64,000 nt of DNA from Lepidodermella squamata (taxonomy: Eukaryota; Animalia; Gastrotricha). The translations under genes were made by a program, and so were the position numbers. Under the pieces are notes generated by a model. It was not told where the DNA came from. It made no database searches and saw nothing but the letters and a program-made list of their open reading frames with translations. The DNA lies in assembly GCA_047495785.1 (NCBI GenBank), contig JBLDXI010000009.1:2728001-2792000 (forward strand). The letters run 5' to 3'. Positions 1-11,343 of this stretch are shown here, one piece after another (the first letter of the stretch is position 1; each line of letters begins with the position of its first letter).

Positions 1-62
1 GTATCAACGCATGCTGCAAGTAAGCTAACCATAGTCATCATTCAAGCAATAGGAGAAAATTT

Positions 63-3000
63 CTCAACTGTCATAATTGGCTGTACGGCAACTAGCAGCG
101 GGGTTTCGGCCCGGAATTACACAGCGAACCCATCCAACCTTTCGACAAACAGAATCAGCGATGAAAAATGAAAAAGGATACTGCATACGAAGTTCATGCA
201 TTCTTCATAATTCCGGTCAAAATATTTCCCTTGATCGAAGACTGCCATCTGCGAAAAAGGTTCTTAATGATACGAGCCAATGTTTGTAGCCTGCTAACCT
301 CAGTCTCAGTTTGCACGTCGCAAGCGTCGTCAGTGCACCGAAAAGTTCCGTCATTTTTCGCGCAATACCTAGCCAACTATAATGAAGAGAAAAAATCGCC
401 AATATAGAAAGTTGTATCAAGTTGAACCTACTCCAAGAGAGCAATTATCGAGGCTATCGAAGGCCTTCCCACTGCTCAATTCCGACTGTAATTGAGAGAT
501 ATAAATTTACATTCTGAAACGCGCGGTGATAACTTACGGAGCCCGACGGGCACCCTGCTGCTTTAGGAACGCATGTCGGGGTTCTTCGATTGGCATCAGT
601 GCATCGCACCAACTTGACCTGCAATAATCAAACGCATTAGCAAAACTGATAAACTAATGACATCTCAACCCACATTTGGCTTGCAGACCTGTAGAGCCTT
701 TTCGTAGTTATTTCCCAAGTAAGGAGAGCTATCATAAACTGCCACCTGTATAAGATTTCAAACAAGAATTCCACCGAGCAACTATTCACGTGGGTTTACT
801 GTGTAGTAATTGTGACAGCCGTAATTTCCTGAAGTCACTACGTATTCATTTGTAGCATTGTTGCGGCAGCAAATAGCAGCCTGCAATGAAAAACATTCTT
901 AAAAGCGCGATTTCGGTGATATACCCATATTTACCGCCTGTTCGCAGTCATCAACCGTCTGGAAATATTGTAACCGGGTCTCAGGATTGATCGGAGTAAT
1001 CTTCATAGGGGATTGAAACAGATGGTAGTAAGGAATTCGGAGTATAGCTTACTTCGACAGATGGCATCTTCGTGGCGCCGCAGCCCGGTGCAGCCGGTAC
1101 ACAGCCTGAGAACGCCCGAGTGGAAGCGTCAATGCATCGGCTATAAGGTGCTGTGCAATTCATTAGGACACATGATTTGGCTGATTACAAATCAAAACTA
1201 ACTGCAATTAGGAATTAAGCATCGGCTTGTTGAGACAGTGTCGTTGTAACAATAAGGAAACAATTTGCCCTCTGGGTTGCGGCACGCAGCTCCAGACGCT
1301 AGCGGGTCGCCCTTTGGGAAGAGCAGCGGGTCCAGATTAGTCCTCGTCCATGACAAGCATGCCTGGTTACGGGCCGTCCTAGCCATTGAACCTTCGTAAT
1401 CGAAGCCAGAGGACGTAAATGAGCACTCCCTTGTCATAGATGCCACTCTTTGGCTCCCGCAAGTCGCGTAAACAGTCATTTTGAACCCGATTGAAGCTGC
1501 GGCCGGATCTGGGTAAAGCTGCGGGTTGTGGTACAGCATCATCACAGCCCAACTGTTGTCTGTCTGAAACAAACGTCCGGCTCTAATTGTGCTGTTGCAG
1601 ATCCTGAAAAACAACGATGATACAAAATGATTAGCCGAAATATGGGCGAACTTATTCATCGGGTTGGAGAAAGGTTTCGATCTGATCTCCAAGTAACTCC
1701 AGCAGCCAGTGTAGGCTAATAATGACCCGATTTTTGAAGAAATAAGGGAATCAAAATTTGAAATAGCATACGAGCTCCGCCGAGATCGGGCGAGTTCTCC
1801 AGGGCGAAAACCATGCCGGTGCCTTTTGTCGTTACGTTCCAAAAGCAAGCGCCTTTACCGTAAACGCCAGGAGTTATAGAAATTTTAGTTGTCCCGCAGG
1901 GCGGCACATCGACTGTTCCGCCGCAGTTCGGTAACGTTGAATCGGCCAGGCGATCGCAGTACGTGCCAGCGAACCCAGGCGGACAGTTGCACGAGTTGCA
2001 CGTGCTCGGATTCATGTAGCCATTATTCTGGCACTCCACGTCAGTTGTCCCACATTTTAAGGCTAAAATAGATGATCGCGAGAGTCACAAATTCGAAATC
2101 GACTTGAACTATAGTTTGGGGTTGTGCGACTTTTCAGCAGTGACATTTCAGCAAATTAGTGTCAAATCATCAGTGACAAATGAGCAGTGACATTTGAGCA
2201 GGGATTTTTGTTAATTTATACTATATTTTTCCAAAGTTATTATTTTTATCTTAGTGACATTTCTGCAGTGACATTTCAGCGGAGACATTTCATCAGTAGA
2301 AGTCAGTAGAATTTCAGCAAGGGGACTATGCACTACATCAAAACGTTGAGCCCAAAAATGCAAGTTCAATGACCGAGATTAATAGGTAAAAATTGATGAA
2401 TTGTCACTTACTCATTTGTCACTGATGAAACGTCACTGCTCATTTGACCGTCATTTGCTGAAGTGTCAATTCTGAAAAGTCTGACCACGAATTCATGGAT
2501 AATATGAAAAAGGTTGTGCCCCTAATTGCACATAATTGGTTGTGCGACTTTTCAACAATATACAAATAGTCAAATATTCCACATGTATAGTCGGGTAAAC
2601 TTTCCGTTGAAATGGGTATTATTTGAAATGTTGATGTTGGGGCCCGAGTCCGAATTCGGCCCGTACGCGATCCGGCCGGCCCGTACGCAGACGGGTAGCA
2701 TCGAATTGCCGCTCCGCGCTCGGGCCGCTTTAAAACATGCCCGTATGCGACGTTTACTGTAATTTCAACAAATTCGAAGGAATCACGCTTCACTGCACAC
2801 AGGCCGGCCAAGGTGTTGGCCCGAGCACGGTGGAGAACAATAGGAACCAGTGCTATTGTTCAAAGCCGCACACGGGCCACCGGGCTCGGGCCTCTGGAAT
2901 CGGGCCGCCGGGCTTGGGTCACCGGGCTTGGGTTATCCTACAACTCGACAATTTTACCAAGTCCCGGTCCAAGCCCGGCGGCGCGAGTACGGAGCTGAAC

Positions 3001-4650
3001 AGTAGCGCTTGTTCCCATTGCTCTCCACCGTGCTCAGGCCAACACCTTGGCCGGCCTGTGTGCAGTGAAGCGTGATTCCTTCGAATTTGTTGAAATTACA
3101 GTTAACGTCGCATACGGGCACATTTCAGACAGGCCCAAGCGCGGAGTGGTAAAGTGCCGTTACCCGACCGCGTACGGGCTGACCCGAACGCGTTCAGGCC
3201 GAATTCGGACTCGGGCCCCAACATTGACACGTAACATTGACACGCTTACGCACGTCCAATGCAGCCCATTTTCACTTGATCACTGAAAGATTAATTGTTG
3301 TTTATTTTGCCTAGGTCCAAATCAATAAAATCGTATTGCTATCTATTCGATTCGATTTTCTATTGTCAATGAACGGTTACCTAAGCACCAAACATGGGAA
3401 CACAATGGGATTTTAGAGATAGAACTAATTTGTTGGCTCTTCCAGGTGAATTACGATGGTTCTTGTATTATTGCTTAAAAATTTGTCCCAGGAATTAGGG
3501 TATTTTTGAGTTTTTGGAATTAAATTTTTCCCCATGAATCAGATACCGCAAGTAAATTCATGCTTTTGGTAGATGAATTAGGGCGATATTTTTTCTGGTG
3601 TAGATTTATCGACTGGCGAAAACCACACCAGGAATTCCTCATGGTTATAAATGTATTGAAAAAAAGTGCGATGCAAAAAAATATTACGCATACTCCAAGT
3701 ACCTAGTTTTCGTTAACACTTGCCTTTGCAGTTATAATGTAGATTTATCTTCTGAAAATCGACGAAAGAGATGAATTGAGTTTGACCAAGAGTATGTAGA
3801 ATGCGCGGATCTTTCGTCTTTATCGTCGGCTTGTCGCTGTCGGCTTGCCACGCCCACCAGCCAGGATGCGAGCTCGACTCGTAGTCGTACGGGGTGTTGT
3901 AACTGTTGTCGTTATTATCGATGTTGAAAAAAGCTGCCTGATCACTTTTGATAAAGAAAATTAATATTCGAAATATTTCTGTTCAGAAATTATCAACTAA
4001 CGGTCCAACATTTTCCTTTATCACTGAGACGTAGCTGTCTCGATCAGTTCTGACATGCTCGTAATTCTGTATTAGGCGATTAATCATTTTTGAAATATCA
4101 GAAAAATTTAAACTTGCCAATCCCAGCGCTCGACCGATCGTTGCAGCTATCAATGGAATCTAAAAGTAAACTAAATAAATTCAATAGCGGCAGGTATTGT
4201 TTTGTATACCCGTCTAGCGCAAGTTATTCCCATGAGCACGTAATTAGGCGGCGAATTCAGGCCGACTTTCGTAAAGCAGCTAAAATTAACAAAAAGTCAA
4301 AGATACATACAATTCTGGCGACATTTTTAATTACTCTCTGCCGAATGAGAATATCAGAACATTGGGCGTTGTGAGGTCGAAGTCCCGTGACCATGCGACA
4401 GGCAGTTGAGTGAAAGTAATACAAGTAGATTGCGACCAAATAGCCATCGCCGCTTCAATATTTGCGACAAATTCACCTTGACAGTCAATCAAAAATCAGT
4501 CAAAATGCAACGGTGAAGTTCTTGCTAACCCAAATGTGTTGAATTGTCGATAATGTATCTCACATTTGCGTTCGGCCATAAACCGGCAGATTTCGGGATA
4601 GCTTCTACCGATATTAGGCAAAGAAGACCCCACACGAGAAAATAGATCAT
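63..4650 (-). CDS. Secreted astacin-like pseudo-metalloprotease (signal peptide, astacin fold, EGF, CUB, kringle, C-terminal Cys-rich repeats); multi-exon, 3' end uncertain
   Basis: ATG 4650 gives MIYFLVWGLLCLISVEA-IPKSAGLWPNANVRYII. Spliced exons give AAMAIWSQSTCITF, CFTKVG, IAATIGRALGL/NYEHVRTDRDSYV, NTPYDYESSSHP and LGQTQFISFVDFQKINLHYNC (astacin pattern). These are followed by EGF CQNNGYMNPSTCNSCNCPPGFAGTYC, CUB (CGG..C.W..CWSYLEIR) and kringle (YEGSMARTARNQACLSW..CRNPEGKLFPYCY..CLIPNC). Splice phases were checked by hand. Confidence 0.85.
2121..2488. mobile_element. MITE/foldback-like element whose terminal inverted arms are built from ~15-nt CAGTGACA(T/A)(T/A)T repeats
   Basis: Left GACTTTTCAGCAGTGACATTTCAGCAAAT.. 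matches the reverse complement of the right end (..ATTTGCTGAAGTGTCAATTCTGAAAAGTC). There are multiple CAGTGACA copies on the left and TGTCACT copies on the right. Confidence 0.7.
2634..3224. mobile_element. GC-rich palindromic MITE, ~590 bp, with ~230-bp inverted arms
   Basis: ATGTTGGGGCCCGAGTCCGAATTCGGCC at 2634 pairs with GGCCGAATTCGGACTCGGGCCCCAACAT ending at 3224. The inner arms (~2740-2840 vs ~3020-3120) are nearly perfectly complementary. No clear TSD. Confidence 0.85.
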
Positions 4651-5090
4651 CGTCCTTCGAAGCTCAGAAATGTCACTTAAACTTCGCTGTATAAAAAAGA
4701 ATGAAAGCATTTACCTATAAGGTTAAAATTGCTGGTAAATGGTTTTAGTAAATTTTTGTTATTATTCTTGACAAATTTCATTCATAGAAAACTCGTGCTA
4801 ACTTCAAAAAAAATAAACGCAACAGAAATTTAGGCTGTATGGCGTCGTAGTTTCCACTATTTTATCACGCGATTTCCGTTCAAGGCACACATTTGTTTGA
4901 ATGATTTTTTCCATTTTTCTTCGCCAGGACACCTGTAGGTTAAGTAATAGTCCCTATCGATTTCGTTTTCAGAATGTTTTGTGGGTGCCAAGTTTCCACC
5001 CTGAATTGAGGGTTCCACTAAATTCGAGACTCCAGAACTAGATTTCCCATAAATACGGTTTCTAAAGTTTCCAGCTTTCACTAGAATCTC

Positions 5091-5280
5091 GAGCCGATAT
5101 CGATTTTACAAATCAGTGATTATTCCGATATCAGCCGTCTTGCAACCCAACATCGATAATTTTCTACGTAGCTTAGGGCACCATTTAGCTAAAATTAAAA
5201 ATCCTAGCATCATGGAGGGCATCAGGATCGATCAAAAACCGGAAACGCCGAAATCGCAAAGAATCTGAAAAAAATTAGGG
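5091..5280 (+). repeat. Dispersed repeat family A, copy 1 (other copies ~18390-18480 +, ~22700-22790 -, ~28090-28165 -, ~36301-36460 +)
   Basis: A shared core ATCGATTTTACAAATCAG(T/C)(G/A)AT..TCCGAT and/or a downstream GGAGGGCATC..GATCAA..AAACGCC.AAAT block recurs at these positions. Confidence 0.7.
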
Positions 5281-5632
5281 TTTGAACCTCATTTTCAGTG
5301 GTGCAAATATTTTGACCCGATCTACTGGTGTCCGGCGTTAATATGCTGAGCCTGATTCCAAACTTGGGAAACCGTACTTGATGCCGAAAGTTTCAGGATT
5401 AATCAAGTCAGCTTTAGGTTCTAGGTTCACATCAATCTCCCATGGAATCAGATTCAGTGCTGGAAACTCTCATGTTTCGATCAAAGAATCAACTGTAGTT
5501 AAATTTTTCAAATGAATTATTTCACTTTAAATGAAACAATCGCCTAGCAATTTTATTAATGTAAAAAGCAATCTTGAAGTTTAAAAAAGCACGGGGTTTT
5601 TAGAAAAACGTCAGAAAATTCATGTCCTTTAC

Positions 5633-7740
5633 TCAAAGCGCCTGCGAAGATGCATTCAGCATTTCTGCATCCACGGCCTGTTTACGGCTGTTATGCGGCT
5701 CGCGTTCGACCAGACGCACCCATACGCCATTTTTCGGCATCATCAACCGCGTGACCTTGACCTTGAGAACGCGATCCGGGCAATCGTCCCCAGCTGGTAA
5801 GACTCGGAACCGGCGAATCAGGTTGATCAAAGTCAGCTTCATCTCGAACAGGGCCAGTCGCATTCCAACGCAATACCTCGGACCATAGCCGAAGCCGAGA
5901 AAGGCCGAGCTTGGGCGAGTAGATGTTGTAGGGTAATCGGGTGAAAATCGATCGGGGTAAAACTCAGCCGGGTCAACAGGCCCCCAGAACTCGGCATTTT
6001 GATGAACGGTCCACATATCAGCGAAAACAAGAGTTTTGCGTTTAGGAACCGGGACACCGCATAAAACTGTGTTTTCAATCGAAAATCGGCTGACGACGAA
6101 AATCGCGATTGGGTACAGCCGGATTGTCTCGTGAACGACCCAATCCAGGTAAGGCATGTGGTTCATCACAGTGTCGTAATCTAGGTCAGCATCAAGGTCT
6201 GGAAATCGAGTAATGGCTTCGTTGTAGACCTTCTCCTGGCAGTCAAGGTTCATCGCCAGGCAATAAGCGGCGTAGGACAAGGTGGCGCTAGTCGTTCCGT
6301 AACCTGCGCCGAAAAATTGAATCGATTGACTGATGATTTCGTTGTCAGTCAGCGGTTTCAAGGGTGGAATCGTGTCGTTATTACTCATATATCGCTGAAC
6401 AGTTTCCGGATTCGATGCGTCAATCAGCATTTGAAGCAAGTCGGGCCTGCGATTTGTCGGACTTTTCCGCCGGTTTTCAATGACATTTTTGCAGACGAGA
6501 GCTAGGGATCGAAATGGAGCCAATACGCCGGAGAAGTACTTCATTTGCAGGACGATGAAGGCCTCGACGATTGGGACGATCTCGGGCAGGCAGCTTGCGA
6601 CTCGAAACATGAGCGGTTCGTTGACCAAAGTTGCGAGGAGGCGTTTGAATTTGGGTAAAATTGGATTGTCCGCCCCTCGATACTTGATCGAATTCAGTTC
6701 GACACCAAAAACCACTTCAGATATTACCTAAAACGGGGAAAAAATTAAAAAAATAACTTAATTTTCAATAAGAAACTAAATTTTGGAATGTACCGTTATT
6801 CGCAAGTTAAAATTCACATTTTCCTCGAAAAATTCTGAAACTTAGGACAAAACTGAGCACGGTAATTTCTGATATTGCAGACAATTTTGGGAATGTTCGC
6901 CTGATTTTTTACAATTCAGGCGTTTGTCTATCATTGGACTCATTAGAGCTCATTAGAGCCTCATTTGCATATTCAACAAACTTATTAATTGCAAGATTCG
7001 CGCTTGAAATACCAGTCGAATTTCGAAGAAAATTACGTCTACTATTTTTAAATATTATTTTAATTTTCGAATATAGGACGTCCGAAACCTTTCTGAACTT
7101 TAGAACCTTTTCTGAAAATCGATTATTTAAATTATTTAAAATTAAATTAGAGAAATTTTATAAAAAAAATTCTTACATCCAGGGTCAAGTACTGAAATGG
7201 CTCGTCGATATTAACCGACTTGTTAGACGCAGCCAACTCAGCCATAAGTTCCATAAATTGTTTCTGGCTCTTCATTATCAGCGGCGCGTAGCTTTTCAGT
7301 TTTCCAGTCGAAAACCCAGGGTTAACAATCGTCCTCAGCCGCTTCCAACGCTCGCCATACACACTGCCGATATTCGAGAACGGCGAATCAGAGTAACGAT
7401 GCGGGTTAGGCTGTACCGGGGCGATTTTGCGGCCAGGAAATGAGTTGAACTGCTTAACACAGAGCCGTTCAATCGCCTCGTCGCTACTCGTCACCAGAAT
7501 TGGCATCGAACCCTCGTAGTAGCCGAAAAACTTGCCGTAGCGCTCGCTCCACGAATGAATCAGCAGATGCCGCTCATCAGTCGCCCAAATTTCGCGTAAA
7601 TTCCCGTAGAACCAATGCGGTTCCGGGCCAGGAATGCCTAGCCGCTTGAAAAATTGATGAGCATAGTAGCGTCGGTACAAGTAGAACGCGGTTACAATCG
7701 TAACCAAAAAGGTTGATAGAAGAGTGAAAAAGACAATCAT
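5633..7740 (-). CDS. Cytochrome P450, clan 3-like (copy 1); exons 7740-7177 and 6727-5633
   Basis: N-terminal TM anchor, GIPGPEPHWFYGNL, WKRLR, ETIR (ExxR), PDRF and heme motif FGYGPRYCVG. GT-AG phase-0 intron at LTLD|VISE. Confidence 0.93.
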
Positions 7741-7935
7741 TTTATCATCGAATTTTTATTTTGCGTTATAGAAAAATTTGTGATAGCTGCCAAATTTTTG
7801 CAATAAAATTCTGAAGATTAACAACGAGGCACGCGTCTTGTGATGCTATACAACATCTGACGCACGCGTTACGACATTTACAAATTATAAAGACATAACA
7901 CACAAAAGCTGGGTCATGTGATTTGATTTTTTTTA

Positions 7936-10016
7936 TCACATTCGAGGCACCAGCTTGACCAGCACCGGGCCGACAGGTGTGAGGAGACCTTCGCGGGATG
8001 ACACCCGCAAACCACCTGGTGGGTACCCGCCATCGGGCTCATCGATGCGGTAACGGCGCAACAAGTTAATCAGCGTCATTTTCATTACCAACAAAGCCAT
8101 TCGCGCACCTTAATAAAAATTCAAAAATTTGACCTAATTTGCAAAACCCATGGAAAAAATGATCAAAAGTGCGAATTGTGCGAGCGAGCCTATATTCAAT
8201 CGATGGAGAATTTTCTGAATTATATATCGGTATAAAAACCGACAGGTTATTCGCAAATAGCCCTTTGACATTTGATCATCGCGCGCGGTCCGAAATCTCT
8301 AAAAATGTTGATCACACGTGCACAAAATTCGCACTTTCGCTCACTTTTCTGAAAAAAATCAACTTTTTTATGAATTCAAGTTACCGATGCAAACTCGAGG
8401 GCCGTATCCGAAGCCTAGGAACGCTGAATCAGGGCGATGAGTCGAATTTTCCGGTAGGAATCGCTCCGGGTAGAACAAAGCCGGGTCTACCGGGCCCCAT
8501 AGATGCGGGTCGTTATGAATTGACCAAACATCGGCCTGAACGCAACCCAGCGCCTTCGGAACTTGAACACCACACACCTGCGTGTCGTTTATCACAAATC
8601 GATTGATGAAATTCAGCCCGATGGGGTAGCGGCGTATCGTTTCGCGGCATACAGCGTCTAGATACGGCAGCTTAACAATGGCGTTGTAATCGACCGGGTC
8701 TAGCGAAACGTTCGATTCGGCGATTTCTCGATACAATTTTTCCTGAATCGATTGATTTCTCGCAAGTTCGTAGCTAGCAAAGGCTAGGGTTGTGCTTGTT
8801 GTTTCGTAGCCGGCGAAGAAAAACAGAAACGATTGAGCTTTGATTTCATTTTCACTCAAAGATTTGCTGAGCAAGTTTAGATTTGTCGGCATTGAAATGC
8901 TGCTATTCATTAGCTCTTTCATTGAGGCATTAGGCGAATCGTTGGGTGAGCTGCTTCGAGAGCTCGATTCACTGCCAGATTCGGCCCCATTAGCGGCAAT
9001 CATCAGTTGTAGTAGGTCGATTTGGCGAATATTCGGATTTTCTTTACGATTTTTTATCAATTTTTCAACAAGGTTCAAAAACATGCCGATGGGACCGAAA
9101 ACTCCGAAGAGCAGTTTCATTTGGTGGTCAATAAGGGGCTGGAAATTTAAAAATAAAAAATCAGGAATAGATTAGTTTTTGAAATTTTTAACCTTCAAAA
9201 ATGGGACACATTCAGGTAGGGCAGATAGGAAATCGATTACAGGTTGGCGTTGAGTGGCGTAGTCTAGAAATTGTTTCAGTTTTTCGCCAAGAATATTTCC
9301 CTTGCATTTTGTTCGAATCGCGTTGAATTCGATGCCGAAGCCAACTTGAGAAATAGTTTCCAACGTGAGAAATTGGTAACTTGATCGAATATCAAAAGAA
9401 GGAGATTTTCTGTACAAAAAATTTGCCAATCGGGAAAGCTTTAAGGTTATCAAAAATTACTTGGCCTCTTCGTCCAACGTCTCAATTAGGTCAGTTTGTA
9501 TTTTAGCGACGGTTGGAGCGTAAGATTTCAGCTTTCCAGACGAAAAAGCCGGGTTGACGATAGTTCGAAGACGTTTCCATGTGTCACCCTGGGCAAACAG
9601 CATGTGGCTGAGAGGGTGGTCCGGCTCTTTCGTCGGATTCGGTTGAATAGGATTGATCTAAATAAAATTCTCCTTAATAGCTGGGATTTTCAAAAATTCG
9701 AAAATTCTACCCGATGGCCCTGAAAGTTTGAGAATTGTTTAATACAAATTTGTTCGACAGCTTCAATGCTGCTTGTGACCAGGATAGGGTTCGGACCTTC
9801 GTAGTAGCCGTAAAAGTGGCCGTATTTTTTCGACCAATTAGCAACAACTTCATGGCGATTCTCGGCCCGGAGTTCGCGTAAATTACCGTAAAACCAGTGT
9901 GGCGCCGGGCCGGGAATGCCATGGCGTTTAAAAAACGTGTGACAGTAGAGTTTGCGATACACGTAAAAAATGAATAACAACAAAATTGGTAGAAAAATCA
10001 GTGTGGTTAAAATCAT
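7936..10016 (-). CDS. Cytochrome P450, clan 3-like (copy 2); five exons
   Basis: GIPGPAPHWFYGNL, AGYETT I-helix, ETIR, PERF and FGYGPRVCIG|ARMALL. The last exon ends LVKLVPRM-TGA at 7936. Confidence 0.92.
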
Positions 10017-10368
10017 TTCTGTTAGCAAATTCTGTATTCGAAATGACTTCAAAGTTATAAAACAAAAAATCTTGTTCAGTAAAATCGTGTTTTTGGGCAG
10101 AAATTTTTTTGTTGATGATCGCTTTTGATAAAGTCGCACGTGCTCGGACGGCGCCATCTGTTTTTCATTCGTGTGCATAAAAAATTATGGTGATGCGATC
10201 TCTATTTTTGAGGTTAATTGCTTCAGGTGTAAATCATAGACGAGATCAGTGTAAGCTCAATTAAAAGCGCACCTGCTGGCAATTCCACGTCGAGACTCGA
10301 AAATAATTGGCATAAAAAAAAGAAAAATTAGATGATTTCTGTTTTTATTATATATTATATATAGCTAT

Positions 10369-10674
10369 TTATTCCGTGCGCTCGAATTTTCGTAAATCGA
10401 TCGGACCTCTCATAAGCACGAATTTTCGACGAACCCGCGGGTCTTTGATGCTCACCGACTTGTAGACCTGTTTCGACTGCGGCAAAAAGGAGTGAGTTAT
10501 AATGAGTCGCTGGGGCGTTATTCGCGGCGCCTTGTTGACAAGCGGCTGCATCATAGCAAAAAGGCGACTCTCCTCGGCGTCCCTAGGAGTATTGTCATAT
10601 CGACAATCGGCCTGACCTGGAAGCAAGGTACACAAAAGTAGACCGGCAAAAATTGCGAAAATTAACGCAGCCAT
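10369..10674 (-). CDS. Small intronless secreted protein (101 aa), unknown family
   Basis: ATG start, signal peptide MAALIFAIFAGLLLCTLLPGQA, TATAAA ~80 nt upstream, GC-richer than its flanks. Confidence 0.7.
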   Translation of the reverse strand: MAALIFAIFAGLLLCTLLPGQADCRYDNTPRDAEESRLFAMMQPLVNKAPRITPQRLIITHSFLPQSKQVYKSVSIKDPRVRRKFVLMRGPIDLRKFERTE

Positions 10675-10821
10675 TATTTGTCGAAATTCTCAGAGTTATC
10701 AAATAAAAACTGGCCGTAATATAATTTTGGAAATGTGTGGGCTTTTATTCCTTTATATCCTATCAATCTTATTTTTCACGGGAAATATATTTCGTTTTTA
10801 ATGAGGATTTATTTATTTATT

Positions 10822-11343
10822 TTATATTTTCTGAGCTATATGCCGGCCAACTCTAGGATCTGCATTTTTCTCGACTGGTAAGAGATTGAAGTTTGTCCTC
10901 AATTTGAGTTGAGCCTGCCTCTGGCTCTGCGGCGCCACGTTGGCGGCGAAGGGGCGGGGCTTAAATGCCGGCACAGTCGCTGCAATTTTCGGGATAGTCG
11001 CCGTTCTGGGCAGCAATTCGATGCTATCTAAAAGGCCCTCATTCGACCCCTCATCCCCGCTGTAGTCGTCCAGCATTCGTTGAACATTCAGCGGGCGGGG
11101 TACTCGCATAGAGCTTGACGCCGTTTTCGTCTCGCCTTGATTGCGCAAATCGATAGTTCCGCTTCGAAAAATTCGATCGGCGTTGATTTGCGGCACTTTT
11201 TCAGTCGCTGATGAATCTTCATCGTAAAACGACCCAGCCGTTTTCTGTTGGCCTAAACCGGCCCGGAAAAGATGAGAGCGCCATGGAAACGCCTCAACTA
11301 CCGTTAAGCTGGCGATTATCGTCAATCCAACGATGGGTAACAT
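10822..11343 (-). CDS. Small intronless secreted protein (173 aa), unknown family
   Basis: Signal peptide MLPIVGLTIIASLTVVEA, AATAAA directly after the stop, coding-like composition. Confidence 0.72.
   Translation of the reverse strand: MLPIVGLTIIASLTVVEAFPWRSHLFRAGLGQQKTAGSFYDEDSSATEKVPQINADRIFRSGTIDLRNQGETKTASSSMRVPRPLNVQRMLDDYSGDEGSNEGLLDSIELLPRTATIPKIAATVPAFKPRPFAANVAPQSQRQAQLKLRTNFNLLPVEKNADPRVGRHIAQKI

Noticed and set aside
1181-1202. Apparent 22-nt ultra-short intron after the kringle exon
   Set aside because: An in-frame acceptor at 1151 with a CTAAT branch-like motif gives an ordinary 52-nt intron, which fits the other introns better.
2440-3286. Duplicate ORFs starting MAGLCAVKRDSFEF on both strands
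   Set aside because: They are artefacts of the palindromic MITE.
7740-11343. Operon spanning the secreted genes and P450s
   Set aside because: TATA boxes precede at least two of these genes, and the AATAAA-acceptor junction seen at 42 kb and 46 kb is not clearly present.
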